The notes: generated from the sequence alone by a model not told the origin. DNA of 64,000 nt from an uncultured bacterium (GCA_964372875.1 CAYJTB010000001.1:27860-91859), one strand, 5' to 3'. Positions 32,712-41,587 are shown, counted from the first letter of the stretch. Numbers and translations: made by a program.

Positions 32712-32738
32712 CGGAAAAATCTATTCCGGATTTTTCCG
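32712..32738. repeat. second copy of CGGAAAAATC/GATTTTTCCG hairpin
   Basis: cggaaaaatctattccggatttttccg. Confidence 0.6.
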
Positions 32739-32752
32739 AGACGGCCCAACGC

Positions 32753-32845
32753 CGCCCCACAAGGGGGCTGTCCCGATCCTTGAAAAGAAACAATATAGAA
32801 GGGGACTGTCTCGCAGGGACGTTGCGAGTGGCGACGAGACTTGTG
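32753..32845 (-). repeat. intergenic repeat B4, inverted copy of B1; B1 and B4 bracket gatC-gatA
   Basis: ccgccccacaagggggctgtcccgatccttgaaaagaaacaatatagaaggggactgtctcgcagggacgttgcgagtggcgacgagacttgtg. Confidence 0.7.
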
Positions 32846-32865
32846 CCTGCAGCGGATGGAAATTA

Positions 32866-34287
32866 ATGGAAACAGTCATTGGATTAGAAGTTCACGTTCA
32901 GCTGAAAACGAAATCGAAATTATTCTGCGGATGCCCCAACGCATTTGGCGCGGAGCCCAACCGCAATACATGTCCTGTCTGTATGGGTCTGCCGGGCTCG
33001 CTGCCGGTACTGAATCGGGAAGCCTTGCGCTTTGCGGTTAAGATCGGTCTGGCGCTTAATTGCCAAGTGGCGGACCGCCTCAAATTCGACCGGAAAAATT
33101 ATTTTTACCCTGACCTACCCAAGGCTTATCAAATTTCTCAATTCGATATGCCGGTCAATTCCACGGGCTTTCTTATGGTGGAAACTTCCAAAGATCTTAA
33201 GAAAATAGAAATCACACGCGCGCATTTGGAAGAAGATGCCGGAAAACTTTTGCACGAAGGAATCAAAGACGGAAGCCTTGTTGATTACAACCGCGCCGGT
33301 GTTCCCTTGCTCGAGATTGTTTCTGAGCCCGACCTTCGTTCGCCCGAAGATGCTTATGATTACCTCGCCACTCTCAAAGCTATCCTCCAATATCTGGAAG
33401 TAAGTGATTGCGATATGGAAAAGGGGAGTCTACGCTGCGACGCCAATATTTCCGTAAGAAAAGAAGGCGACCCGAAGCTTGGAACGAAAGTTGAAATTAA
33501 AAATATGAATTCCTTCCGCGCGGTTCAAAAAGCCGCTGAATATGAAATCAGCCGCCAAATCAAAGTGTTGGAAGAGGGCGGAAAGCTCGTGCAGGAGACG
33601 CGGCTTTGGAATGAGGCCAAAGGCCAAACCTTTTCCATGCGTTCCAAGGAATTTGCTCACGATTATCGATATTTTCCTGAGCCCGATCTTGTGCCCTTCA
33701 CGATTTCCCGCAGCGAAGTTGAAGAGGCACAAAAAACCATGCCCGAACTGCCGGTCGACCGGGCAAAACGGCTCATGCAGGAATATCAGCTCACAGAAAA
33801 AGATGCATTGAGGCTCGTGCAAGATAAAAAATTGGTGGAATATTATGAGACTTGTCTTAAAACAAAGGCCAATCCCAAACTTGTGAGTAACTGGATTTTA
33901 AGTGAACTCCTGGGTCACCTAAATCAAAAAGCTCTGGGGATTGAGGCTTCTCCAGTTTCACCCGCAGCCCTCGCCGGACTTGTGCAACTCATTGAGAACA
34001 ACACCATCAGCGGTAAGATTGCCAAAGATGTGCTTCCTGAAATGATTGAAACAGGGAAATCCGCAGAAGTGATCGTCAAAGAAAAAGGTCTCGTGCAAGT
34101 GACCGATGTGAAATTTTTGGAAGAAGCAGTCCAGCGTATTATCCAAGCCAATCCCAAATCTGTGGAGGATTACCGGTCCGGAAAAAAACAAGCCTTGGGT
34201 TTTTTGGTGGGCCAGATTATGAAAGAGACTCAAGGCAAGGCCAATCCTAAGATGGTCAATGAAATCCTGGAAAGGAAACTGTCGTGA
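32866..34287 (+). CDS. gatB: aspartyl/glutamyl-tRNA amidotransferase subunit B
   Basis: 473 aa; METVIGLEVHVQL..., C-x-C...C-x-C N-terminal motif, conserved GatB/YqeY tail. Confidence 0.93.
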   Translation: METVIGLEVHVQLKTKSKLFCGCPNAFGAEPNRNTCPVCMGLPGSLPVLNREALRFAVKIGLALNCQVADRLKFDRKNYFYPDLPKAYQISQFDMPVNSTGFLMVETSKDLKKIEITRAHLEEDAGKLLHEGIKDGSLVDYNRAGVPLLEIVSEPDLRSPEDAYDYLATLKAILQYLEVSDCDMEKGSLRCDANISVRKEGDPKLGTKVEIKNMNSFRAVQKAAEYEISRQIKVLEEGGKLVQETRLWNEAKGQTFSMRSKEFAHDYRYFPEPDLVPFTISRSEVEEAQKTMPELPVDRAKRLMQEYQLTEKDALRLVQDKKLVEYYETCLKTKANPKLVSNWILSELLGHLNQKALGIEASPVSPAALAGLVQLIENNTISGKIAKDVLPEMIETGKSAEVIVKEKGLVQVTDVKFLEEAVQRIIQANPKSVEDYRSGKKQALGFLVGQIMKETQGKANPKMVNEILERKLS

Positions 34288-34297
34288 CGGGATCATT

Positions 34298-35362
34298 ATG
34301 TTAACCCTCGGCATCGAGACCTCCTGCGATGAAACCTCCTGCGCGGTTTTAAAAAATGGCGATGAGATTCTTTCCAATATTGTTTCCTCGAGCCTTGCCC
34401 AACACACACCCTTTGGGGGAGTCGTTCCCGAGATTGCGTCGCGTCACTGTCTGGAACAAATTGATTTAGTTTTTGAAACCGCGCTCGAAAAGGCCGGCGT
34501 TTCAAAAAAAGATTTGGATTTAGTCGCGGTAACCCAAGGCCCCGGGCTGGTGGGTTCGCTTCTGGTCGGACTTTCTTTTGCCAAGGCGTTGGCCTATCAG
34601 CTTAAAATCCCTTTGATTGGGGTCAATCATTTAGAAGGACATCTTGCAGCGAATTTTATTGGAAAGCCGCTTCCGAAATCTTTCATTGGTTTGATTGTCT
34701 CGGGCGGCCACACAGAACTTACTTATCACCGGAACGGCGCCATAAAAATTCTTGGATCTACGGTGGACGACGCTGTGGGTGAGGCGTATGACAAGTCAGC
34801 GAAACTTCTCGGCCTGGGTTATCCCGGCGGTCCGGTCATGGATAAGTTGGCGCAAAAGGGAAATCCCAAGGCCTTCCGGTTCACGCGGCCCAAGCAAAAA
34901 GGACGATTTGATTTTAGTTTCAGCGGAATTAAAACAGCGGTATCTGTCATTGTGAGGGCGCAAAGCGCCCGAAGCAATCTGACGCCAGTGGCGTCAGGGC
35001 TTCGTCCCGCCCCCGTTGGGGGCAGTCCTCGCAATGACCATCAGTTTGTCAACGATCTCTGCGCCAGTTTTCAGGAGACGGTAGTGCGCTGGCTTGTGGA
35101 AAAAACCATCGCCGCCTGCAGGAATAAAAAAGTAAGCGATGTGGTTGTGGGCGGGGGAGTAAGCGCCAATACAAGACTCCGTGAACTTCTTCCCCAAGAA
35201 GCCAAGCTTTATCATATCAATGTTTGGTTTCCTCCGTTTTCGCTGACCATTGATAATGCGGCAATGATCGCAAGGCGAGGCTTTGAACTTTACCAGAAAG
35301 GAAAACGAACGGATTTCAAAATTTCAGCCCGTCCCAGTTTTCCCATAGGAGAGGCAAAATGA
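34298..35362 (+). CDS. tsaD: tRNA N6-adenosine threonylcarbamoyltransferase TsaD (Kae1/Gcp), with in-frame 31-codon palindromic-element insertion
   Basis: MLTLGIETSCDETS, HxxGH metal site (NHLEGHL), GVSAN...; ORF track start 34259 is an upstream in-frame Met; element 34946-35038 adds VIVRAQSARSNLTPVASGLRPAPVGGSPRND. Confidence 0.88.
   Translation: MLTLGIETSCDETSCAVLKNGDEILSNIVSSSLAQHTPFGGVVPEIASRHCLEQIDLVFETALEKAGVSKKDLDLVAVTQGPGLVGSLLVGLSFAKALAYQLKIPLIGVNHLEGHLAANFIGKPLPKSFIGLIVSGGHTELTYHRNGAIKILGSTVDDAVGEAYDKSAKLLGLGYPGGPVMDKLAQKGNPKAFRFTRPKQKGRFDFSFSGIKTAVSVIVRAQSARSNLTPVASGLRPAPVGGSPRNDHQFVNDLCASFQETVVRWLVEKTIAACRNKKVSDVVVGGGVSANTRLRELLPQEAKLYHINVWFPPFSLTIDNAAMIARRGFELYQKGKRTDFKISARPSFPIGEAK
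34946..35038. repeat. palindromic element, 93 nt (multiple of 3), TIR GTCATTGTGAGG / CCTCGCAATGAC, inside tsaD
   Basis: Terminal 12-nt inverted repeats; nested internal stems cgaagc/gcttcg and ctgacgcc/ggcgtcag. Confidence 0.7.
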
Positions 35363-35808
35363 ATTGGTTCAGTTCCCAAGACACCCTTATGATCACAAGA
35401 CTTTTTCTTGCGACATTTCTTGCGAGCTTTATTGGGATCGAGCGGGAAATCCACGGTAAAGTAGCCGGATTTAGAACACATGCCCTAGTATCGCTGGGCT
35501 CCGCCCTCATCATGCTTGTTTCCATTGATCTTTCGGAGGCGTATCGTGGAGTGGTGGATGTGGACCCTTCAAGGATTGCGGCACAAGTCGTAAGTGGTAT
35601 CGGATTTTTGGGAGCAGGCGCTATTATCCGGTTTCGAACGGGGATCACCGGGCTCACGACAGCGGCCAGTCTGTGGGTCGCGGCCGGGGTGGGTCTTGCC
35701 TGCGGCGCCGGATTTTTCAAACCGGCTTTCGTTGCCACACTCTTCGCCCTTTTGGTTTTAGCCCTTTTTGGGACCTTAGGCAGGTGGCTTGGTTGGAAAG
35801 ACGTATGA
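35359..35808 (+). CDS. MgtC/SapB family membrane protein
   Basis: 149 aa; RLFLATFLASFIGIEREIHGK...GIGFLGAGAI...LWVAAGVGLACG typical MgtC N-domain. Confidence 0.8.
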   Translation: MNWFSSQDTLMITRLFLATFLASFIGIEREIHGKVAGFRTHALVSLGSALIMLVSIDLSEAYRGVVDVDPSRIAAQVVSGIGFLGAGAIIRFRTGITGLTTAASLWVAAGVGLACGAGFFKPAFVATLFALLVLALFGTLGRWLGWKDV

Positions 35809-36692
35809 CACTCACACAAGAAACTATCGGAAAAATTTTAAAAGAGGTCGAATCGCGCAAAATTTCCAGCCAGAAGGCGTTTGGGAAATTACAAAATCTC
35901 GCTTACGAAACTTTTTCATTCGCCAGGATGGATCATCACCGTACTCTGCGCAAAGGTTTTCCGGAGGCGATCTACACACCCGGTAAAACGATTCCTCAAC
36001 TGGAAAAAATTTTCCGTTCGATCCAAAAATCAGGACAAAAGCTGATCGCGACGCGCTTGGAGGAGAGTGTTTATAAAACACTCAGGAAAAAATTCCCCGG
36101 TCTTCGCTATTCAAAGGAAGCAAGGATTGGGTATTTCTCATCCGTCATTGCGAGAAGCACCAACGGTGCGACGAAGCAATCCCGACCAGAGATTGCTTCG
36201 TCCCTTCCTACGGAAGGGACGGTTAAAGGAATCCTCTTTAGCCCTGACGCCAGTGGCAACAGGACTTCGGCTTTGTCTGGAACGCCGCCTCGCAATGACA
36301 GAGAGAAATCCATTGCGATTCTCACCGCTGGCACGAGCGATCTTCCGGTTGCGGAAGAGGCGGCCATTACGCTTGAATTAATAGGAAAGAAAGTTGTCCG
36401 GATTTATGACTGCGGTGTCGCGGGCCTGCACCGGCTTTTGGATCAAGTCTCAACATTACAAGAAGTCAAAGCCGTGATCTGCGTTGCGGGAATGGAAGGC
36501 GCACTTCCGAGTGTGGTCGCTGGCTTGATCAGTAAACCTATCATTGCAGTTCCGACCAGTGTGGGTTACGGCGCAAGCTTCAAAGGTCTTGCGGCGCTTC
36601 TTACCATGCTCAATTCCTGCGCTCAAGGTGTAGCCTGCGTCAATATTGATAACGGATTCGGCGCCGCCTGCTTTGCCGCGTCTATTGCCTAA
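35805..36692 (+). CDS. larB: LarB (PurE-like nickel-pincer nucleotide biosynthesis carboxylase/hydrolase), with in-frame 52-codon palindromic-element insertion
   Basis: ATGA overlap with mgtC-like stop; C-terminal PurE-like domain ILTAGTSDLPVAEE...VICVAGMEGALPSVVAG...AVPTSVGYG; element 36144-36299 inserted in N-domain. Confidence 0.75.
   Translation: MTLTQETIGKILKEVESRKISSQKAFGKLQNLAYETFSFARMDHHRTLRKGFPEAIYTPGKTIPQLEKIFRSIQKSGQKLIATRLEESVYKTLRKKFPGLRYSKEARIGYFSSVIARSTNGATKQSRPEIASSLPTEGTVKGILFSPDASGNRTSALSGTPPRNDREKSIAILTAGTSDLPVAEEAAITLELIGKKVVRIYDCGVAGLHRLLDQVSTLQEVKAVICVAGMEGALPSVVAGLISKPIIAVPTSVGYGASFKGLAALLTMLNSCAQGVACVNIDNGFGAACFAASIA
36144..36299. repeat. palindromic element, 156 nt (multiple of 3), TIR GTCATTGCGAG / CTCGCAATGAC, inside larB
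   Basis: Perfect 11-12-nt terminal inverted repeats; internal 12-bp stem gacgaagcaatc/gattgcttcgtc; shares gacgccagtggc block with the tsaD copy. Confidence 0.7.
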
Positions 36693-36698
36693 TTCCAC

Positions 36699-37649
36699 TT
36701 GATGAGAATCGCAGTTTTTCACTGTCCAGCCGGCGCGACAGGCGAAGGAATCCTCCAGGCTTTTTTCGATGCAAGTCTTCCTGTCTCCTTCCTCAAAAAA
36801 GAACTCAAAAAAAATAAAATCGACAAAAAAATCCAGGCCCTTGTCCGCCAGGTTTCGCGCCAATTAGGGGAAGCGGGAATCGGGGGTAAACAGGCTTTGG
36901 GTTCTCTGATTTCAATAGCTGCCGTCGCAAACGCCCTTCGTTATTTCAAAATTGAGAAGTGTTTTCTAAGAAACCTCGCAATTGGAAAGAAAGGAAATCC
37001 CAACACACTCAAACTCCTTCGGGGTTTTCTTACCCACCGCCTAAACATAAATAAAGAATTGGTGACACCCTCAGGTGCCTCGGTCCTTGCAGCCTTCTGT
37101 GAAAAAGAAGATGCAATTCCCTCAATGAGGCTGGAGGCTTTAGGTGAAGGCCCGGACGGACTACGAATCAGTATGGGAGAGACGGTCAAGCCGTACCGGC
37201 GGGAACGGATTTTACTTGTTGAGACTAATATTGATGATATGAATCCGCAAGGCTTCGAACTTCTTTACGCCCGGCTTTTCGAAGCGGGTGCTTTAGACGT
37301 TTGGGTCCAGACGATTTTAATGAAGAAGATGCGGCCCGCCTTCAAACTCTCGGTTCTTTGTGAGCATACAAAACAGGGGGAAATTGCCGAAGTTATCTTT
37401 AAAGAAACCACCTCACTGGGCGTGCGATTTCTTGAACTGGACCGCTTCAGCCTGGAGCGTAAGATCGTCCCGGTCAAAACGAAATGGGGAAAGGTGCGAG
37501 TTAAAATTGCAGAACTGGAAGGCCGAAAGATGATGAGTCCTGAATATGATGATTTGAAACGGATTTCTCAAAAGACAAAACTTCCTTTTCGTGAAGTCTA
37601 TGCTAAGGTAAAAAACCAGATATGCTCGTCACCTTTATCCAAAATTTAA
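36699..37649 (+). CDS. larC: LarC-like (DUF111) nickel insertion protein, short form
   Basis: N-terminal AVFHCPAGATGEG..L.A..D pattern resembling LarC N-terminus, ETNIDDMNPQ and C-terminal LarC-like domain; 316 aa is shorter than typical LarC. Confidence 0.6.
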   Translation: MMRIAVFHCPAGATGEGILQAFFDASLPVSFLKKELKKNKIDKKIQALVRQVSRQLGEAGIGGKQALGSLISIAAVANALRYFKIEKCFLRNLAIGKKGNPNTLKLLRGFLTHRLNINKELVTPSGASVLAAFCEKEDAIPSMRLEALGEGPDGLRISMGETVKPYRRERILLVETNIDDMNPQGFELLYARLFEAGALDVWVQTILMKKMRPAFKLSVLCEHTKQGEIAEVIFKETTSLGVRFLELDRFSLERKIVPVKTKWGKVRVKIAELEGRKMMSPEYDDLKRISQKTKLPFREVYAKVKNQICSSPLSKI

Positions 37650-38368
37650 TCGCGCTTTTAAGCGCAGGGCTTGGCGCACTGCTCGCCATTAGCTTTGGCG
37701 TGTCCCACCGGAATTTGTGTGCCCTTATCAGTTTCGCAGCCGGAACCCTTTTTGCTACGACTCTTTTTCATATTATTCCCGAGGCTGCTTCATCTCTTCC
37801 GATGCTTGCCATCCTTATTGCATTAGGATCGGGGTATGGGTTTTTTTATTTTTTGAGCCGCTTTGTCTTTCACGTGTGCCCCGCCTGCGCGGCGTCACAT
37901 TTTGATGAACAGACAGCCACTAAATTTCGCAGCATTGCACTTCTTTTGGCAACTGCATTGGGGATTCATTGTGTCTTCGATGGGGTAGCCATTGCGTTGG
38001 GAGAGGAGTTAGCGAACAAGGCTAATTGGTCTATCTTTCTTACGATCACCATCCATAAATTTCCGGAGGGCCTTGCCCTCACAGCCCTTTTAATGAAGTC
38101 GGGATTTAACCGCGCAAGGTCGCTTTTTGTTACCTTTGTCCTTGAAACTTTGACCTTGCTGGGGTGGGTTTTAGGCACGTTTTTAATGCAAGATCTATCC
38201 TTAGGAAGCTGGTTTTACTTGATCCTTTTGCACATCGGAGGGGGATTTATCTACCTGGCCCTTCACGCCCTCATTAATGAAAGCAAAGAGCATTCGCCTA
38301 GCTACATCCTCTTCTTTTTCCTGCTTGGGGTTGGCCTTATCGGCCTGACCAATTTCATACCCTCCTAA
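37622..38368 (+). CDS. ZIP-family divalent metal transporter (ZupT-like)
   Basis: 248 aa, 8 TM, HxxPE (HKFPEGLALTALL) and HIGGGFIYLALHAL motifs; overlaps larC end, plausible Ni/Zn supply for Lar pathway. Confidence 0.75.
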   Translation: MLVTFIQNLIALLSAGLGALLAISFGVSHRNLCALISFAAGTLFATTLFHIIPEAASSLPMLAILIALGSGYGFFYFLSRFVFHVCPACAASHFDEQTATKFRSIALLLATALGIHCVFDGVAIALGEELANKANWSIFLTITIHKFPEGLALTALLMKSGFNRARSLFVTFVLETLTLLGWVLGTFLMQDLSLGSWFYLILLHIGGGFIYLALHALINESKEHSPSYILFFFLLGVGLIGLTNFIPS

Positions 38369-38478
38369 ACCGCCCAAAAGTAAGCTCAAAAAAACCTTTC
38401 GTTTTAGACTCTTTTTAAAGCTGCTATCTAATGCTAAGGATCGTTCAGTCCTGGCATAATAGGCTAGCCAACATTCCT

Positions 38479-38507
38479 TTGTATTCCGTAATTACTAAAT
38501 GTATAGT
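38479..38507 (+). promoter_or_regulatory. sigma70-like promoter TTGTAT-17-TATAGT upstream of acidic secreted protein gene
   Basis: ttgtattccgtaattactaaatgtatagt in AT-rich intergenic region. Confidence 0.4.
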
Positions 38508-38555
38508 TAAAGTGATTATTAAGAATTTAATTAGTTAAATGAAAACGAGGAAGAC

Positions 38556-40496
38556 ATGAAGATAAAAATCGAAGGTTCAACTAATAAGCTTGTAAAGGTG
38601 ATCAGCATTTTCCTGTCTTTATCTTTGATTTTCTGGGTTTCGGTCCCGGTTTCTTTTGCTGGTTCACCGTTTGAGGCTCCTGAGACTGACCCAAATTCCA
38701 CCACTCCTACGATTGACATTGAAAATCCTGAAAATCCTCCCGCGGAAGAAGAATTTCCCGACCCGGCAGCTTTGGGATCCGACCAAGAGACCACCGAAGA
38801 ATTTGTAGCGACAGAGGAAGGAACCCCTTTGTCTGACCCCATTTTTCTTGATGATCCTCAGGACCAAGCCCTTCTCGATGCATTGATTGACGCCGGTGCA
38901 GACCAAGCGACGATCGACGCTTTTCTGACAAGCGTTGAAGTAGAAAACACAGTAGCGCTGCCGGATGAAGAAACGAATCCCAATGAGGACCCTTTTTTGA
39001 TGGGTCAAACGGAGGAATCCATAGAGGGTACAGCGTTTGAAGATCCTGCCCTTACCGGTCCGAGTAATGAAGCGGCAGAAAATGTAGATCTTGAAGCGGA
39101 AACAAGTGACCCAGAAATGATTGAGATGGCGACCTTGGAGGGAGAAGAGGAAGTTCTCCAGAATATGTCGGAAGAAAATTCAACGGAGGAAACCGTCATC
39201 CCGGAAGAAACTACAGACCCGGAGGCTGAAGTCATAGAAGACCCCACGAATACTGAAGAGGCGTTGGATCTTGAGGCGCTCCAGTTGGAACTTGAACAGC
39301 AATTGCAGATAGAAAACCCTGATTGGACTCCGGAGCAGATTACACAACAGGCCGAAGAAATCATTAGTTCAATCTTTGGTGAAGAAACGGTGAGTGAAGA
39401 AGCCCAAGCGGTGGAAGAAGACTTCGATATGGCGGCATTTGAAGAACAGCTTCATGATCCAAATTTTGATTTAACCTCTGAGGAAATTGACGGAATCCTC
39501 ACTTACTTTAATAGCAATGGAGAAGAGGGGGAGCTTTCAGAAAAACAATGGCTTGTTTTAGAGGAAATTTTTAGTGGCAAGACCAAAAGTACTGAAACGG
39601 AAACTACAGAAACTACCGAAGAAGACCCTCTACCGAAAGTTATGGAGACACCCACCGAAACCATTGAAGAAGATTCCATGAAAACGGTGGAGACAACCAC
39701 CGAAACCACGAGTGAAGAAACCACAAATAATGAAGACGCATCTTTAAATGACTTTCTTGAGCAACTCAATAGCCGGTCAAATAACTCGGATTTCACTTCT
39801 GACCAAGCAGCGGCAAATGCCGCAGCGGCCAACGCAGGTGGTGGCGGAAGCACCGGCGGAGGATCCAGTTCAGACAGTTCTTCTTATGGCGGAGGCGCGC
39901 GTCTCTCAAGCATGGGAACCATGCCCAATGTTTCCCAATGGGGCTCTGCCGTCATCCCCGTTTCACTTGTGAACAGAATTTCAGGGCTTAGAGAAATGCT
40001 CAGTCGCATTAAATCCGGCCAGATGGATTTGCTCAGCCAATTTAATAGAGAAATCTACGCCTTGGTCTCACTTTTCAAAAGCCAAGGCCTGATGGTTCCC
40101 GAAGAAATTCTGAACCTTATCAGAGAAGCTCAAAGCGTTCAGGTAAGTGAAGGCATTCGAGTCGAAAATAAAAGTAAAAATGTTGAATTCAAAAGGACTT
40201 CCATCGTTGTTGATCAAGTCGAACAATCTGAAATTTCAGAACAAGCACCAACCGAGCGAACAATGGTCCAGGCCGAGCAGCAACAAGTCTCAAATGAGAC
40301 TGGGACGGAAGATGATTTTGAAGTGAGCGATCAAGTGAGCGATCGTATTCAAGAAGCTGAACATATTCAAGTCGCGGTAAACCTGGCTGAAAAAAATAAT
40401 ATGATCATTTCCCGTGTCGCAAACACTCACTTGGTGGTTACTCCTGTGGTCACACCGGTTTTCTCCCAGCAGCCACCGGCAGGGCAGACGAACTAA
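38556..40496 (+). CDS. secreted highly acidic low-complexity protein (E/D/T-rich, Gly/Ser segment, conserved ~150-aa C-terminal domain)
   Basis: Signal peptide MKIKIEGSTNKLVKVISIFLSLSLIFWVSVPVSFA; >25% D+E; GGGGSTGGGSSSDSSSYGGG linker. Confidence 0.6.
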   Translation: MKIKIEGSTNKLVKVISIFLSLSLIFWVSVPVSFAGSPFEAPETDPNSTTPTIDIENPENPPAEEEFPDPAALGSDQETTEEFVATEEGTPLSDPIFLDDPQDQALLDALIDAGADQATIDAFLTSVEVENTVALPDEETNPNEDPFLMGQTEESIEGTAFEDPALTGPSNEAAENVDLEAETSDPEMIEMATLEGEEEVLQNMSEENSTEETVIPEETTDPEAEVIEDPTNTEEALDLEALQLELEQQLQIENPDWTPEQITQQAEEIISSIFGEETVSEEAQAVEEDFDMAAFEEQLHDPNFDLTSEEIDGILTYFNSNGEEGELSEKQWLVLEEIFSGKTKSTETETTETTEEDPLPKVMETPTETIEEDSMKTVETTTETTSEETTNNEDASLNDFLEQLNSRSNNSDFTSDQAAANAAAANAGGGGSTGGGSSSDSSSYGGGARLSSMGTMPNVSQWGSAVIPVSLVNRISGLREMLSRIKSGQMDLLSQFNREIYALVSLFKSQGLMVPEEILNLIREAQSVQVSEGIRVENKSKNVEFKRTSIVVDQVEQSEISEQAPTERTMVQAEQQQVSNETGTEDDFEVSDQVSDRIQEAEHIQVAVNLAEKNNMIISRVANTHLVVTPVVTPVFSQQPPAGQTN

Positions 40497-40537
40497 GTCT
40501 TTGACACCTTTTAGGGCAGTCGTTACAATCCTGCCCT

Positions 40538-41413
40538 ATGCCCCATAAACTCAAACTTGCACTCCCTAAAGGAAGCCTCGAAGAAGCCACTTATGTTTTG
40601 ATGCGTAAGGCGGGCTTTAATACCAGCGTTTCAAGCCGTTCTTATTTTCCTACGATTGATGATCCGGAACTCGAGGTGGTTTTGTACCGGCCGCAGGAAA
40701 TGCCCCGTTATGTAGAAGATGGGGTGGTGGATGCCGGTCTCACAGGCCACGATTGGGTCGTTGAAAATAATTCCAAAGTCCTCGAACTGTGCGAACTCAC
40801 TTATTCCAAAAGAACCAAAAACCCCGTGCGCTGGGTTTTGGCTGTACACGAGGATTCTCCTTATAAAAATGTCAAAGACCTTCAAGGTAAAAAAATTGCC
40901 ACCGAGCTCGTCAAGGTCACCGAGAGTTATCTCAAAAAACACAAAGTAAAAGCCGAGGTGGAATTCTCCTGGGGTGCCACCGAAGTGAAGCCCCCGAAAC
41001 TGGCCGATGCCATTGTGGAAGCCACGGAAACCGGTTCGAGTCTGCGGGCCAATCACTTAAAAATTATCGATACGGTTCTTGTCTCCACCACGCAATTTAT
41101 TGCGAACAAAAAAAGTTATGCCGATCCCTTCAAGCGCAGAAAGATGGATAATATTATCCTTCTCTTAAAAGGCGCCATCCTTGCGCAGGACAAAGTCGGG
41201 CTCAAAATGAACGTGTCGAAAAAAGATTTGCAGAAAATCCTGAAGATTCTACCCGCAATGAAAAAGCCAACGATTTCCAATCTTTCGGACGATAATTGGT
41301 ATGATGTGGAAACAATTACCGATGAGTCTGTGGTGCGCGAGCTGATTCCGGAACTTAAGAAAGCGGGCGCCACCGGGATTATTGAATATCCGCTGAATAA
41401 AGTTATTCCGTAA
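40538..41413 (+). CDS. hisG: ATP phosphoribosyltransferase, long form
   Basis: [23 protein letters not shown]..., [14 protein letters not shown]-terminal regulatory domain. Confidence 0.9.
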   Translation: MPHKLKLALPKGSLEEATYVLMRKAGFNTSVSSRSYFPTIDDPELEVVLYRPQEMPRYVEDGVVDAGLTGHDWVVENNSKVLELCELTYSKRTKNPVRWVLAVHEDSPYKNVKDLQGKKIATELVKVTESYLKKHKVKAEVEFSWGATEVKPPKLADAIVEATETGSSLRANHLKIIDTVLVSTTQFIANKKSYADPFKRRKMDNIILLLKGAILAQDKVGLKMNVSKKDLQKILKILPAMKKPTISNLSDDNWYDVETITDESVVRELIPELKKAGATGIIEYPLNKVIP

Positions 41414-41429
41414 CTATGAATTGTCATTG

Positions 41430-41460
41430 CTTCGCCCGCTTAAACGCGGGCTCGTCATGA
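41430..41460. repeat. short palindromic element gtcattgcttcgcccgc-ttaaa-gcgggctcgtcatgac (same GTCAT...ATGAC terminus family)
   Basis: Immediately after hisG stop; could double as terminator hairpin (no T-run). Confidence 0.5.
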
Positions 41461-41481
41461 CGATACAGATAGAGGAGGCCC

Positions 41482-41580
41482 AATGCCCTGGCCGAAAAAA
41501 CAACGTAAGCGAAAGATGAATAAACATAAGCGGAAAAAGAAACTCCGCAGGCACCGGCATAAGAAAAAGTCCTGGTCGTA
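41482..41580 (+). CDS. bS22-like small basic ribosomal-type protein (32 aa)
   Basis: MPWPKKQRKRKMNKHKRKKKLRRHRHKKKSWS; perfect RBS GAGGAGG 4 nt upstream; not in ORF track (<60 aa); resembles actinobacterial bS22 KRRKRM.KKKHRKLL pattern. Confidence 0.5.
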
Positions 41581-41587
41581 AATAGTT

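Noticed and set aside
30302-32793. Minus-strand ORFs (30302-30581, 30565-30840, 32284-32577, 32593-32793) in the gatC/gatB spacers
   Set aside because: They coincide with the B-family repeats and hairpins; four near-identical peptides from repeated DNA are more simply explained as non-coding repeats. They were retained only as a remote possibility.
30332-32845. CRISPR array hypothesis for the 55-nt repeats
   Set aside because: Only two copies per side, irregular spacing (~180 nt), inverted orientation between sides, no cas genes.
35316-35819. 167-aa minus-strand ORF over mgtC
   Set aside because: Antisense to a clear MgtC-family gene; Ala/Pro/Arg-rich junk translation.
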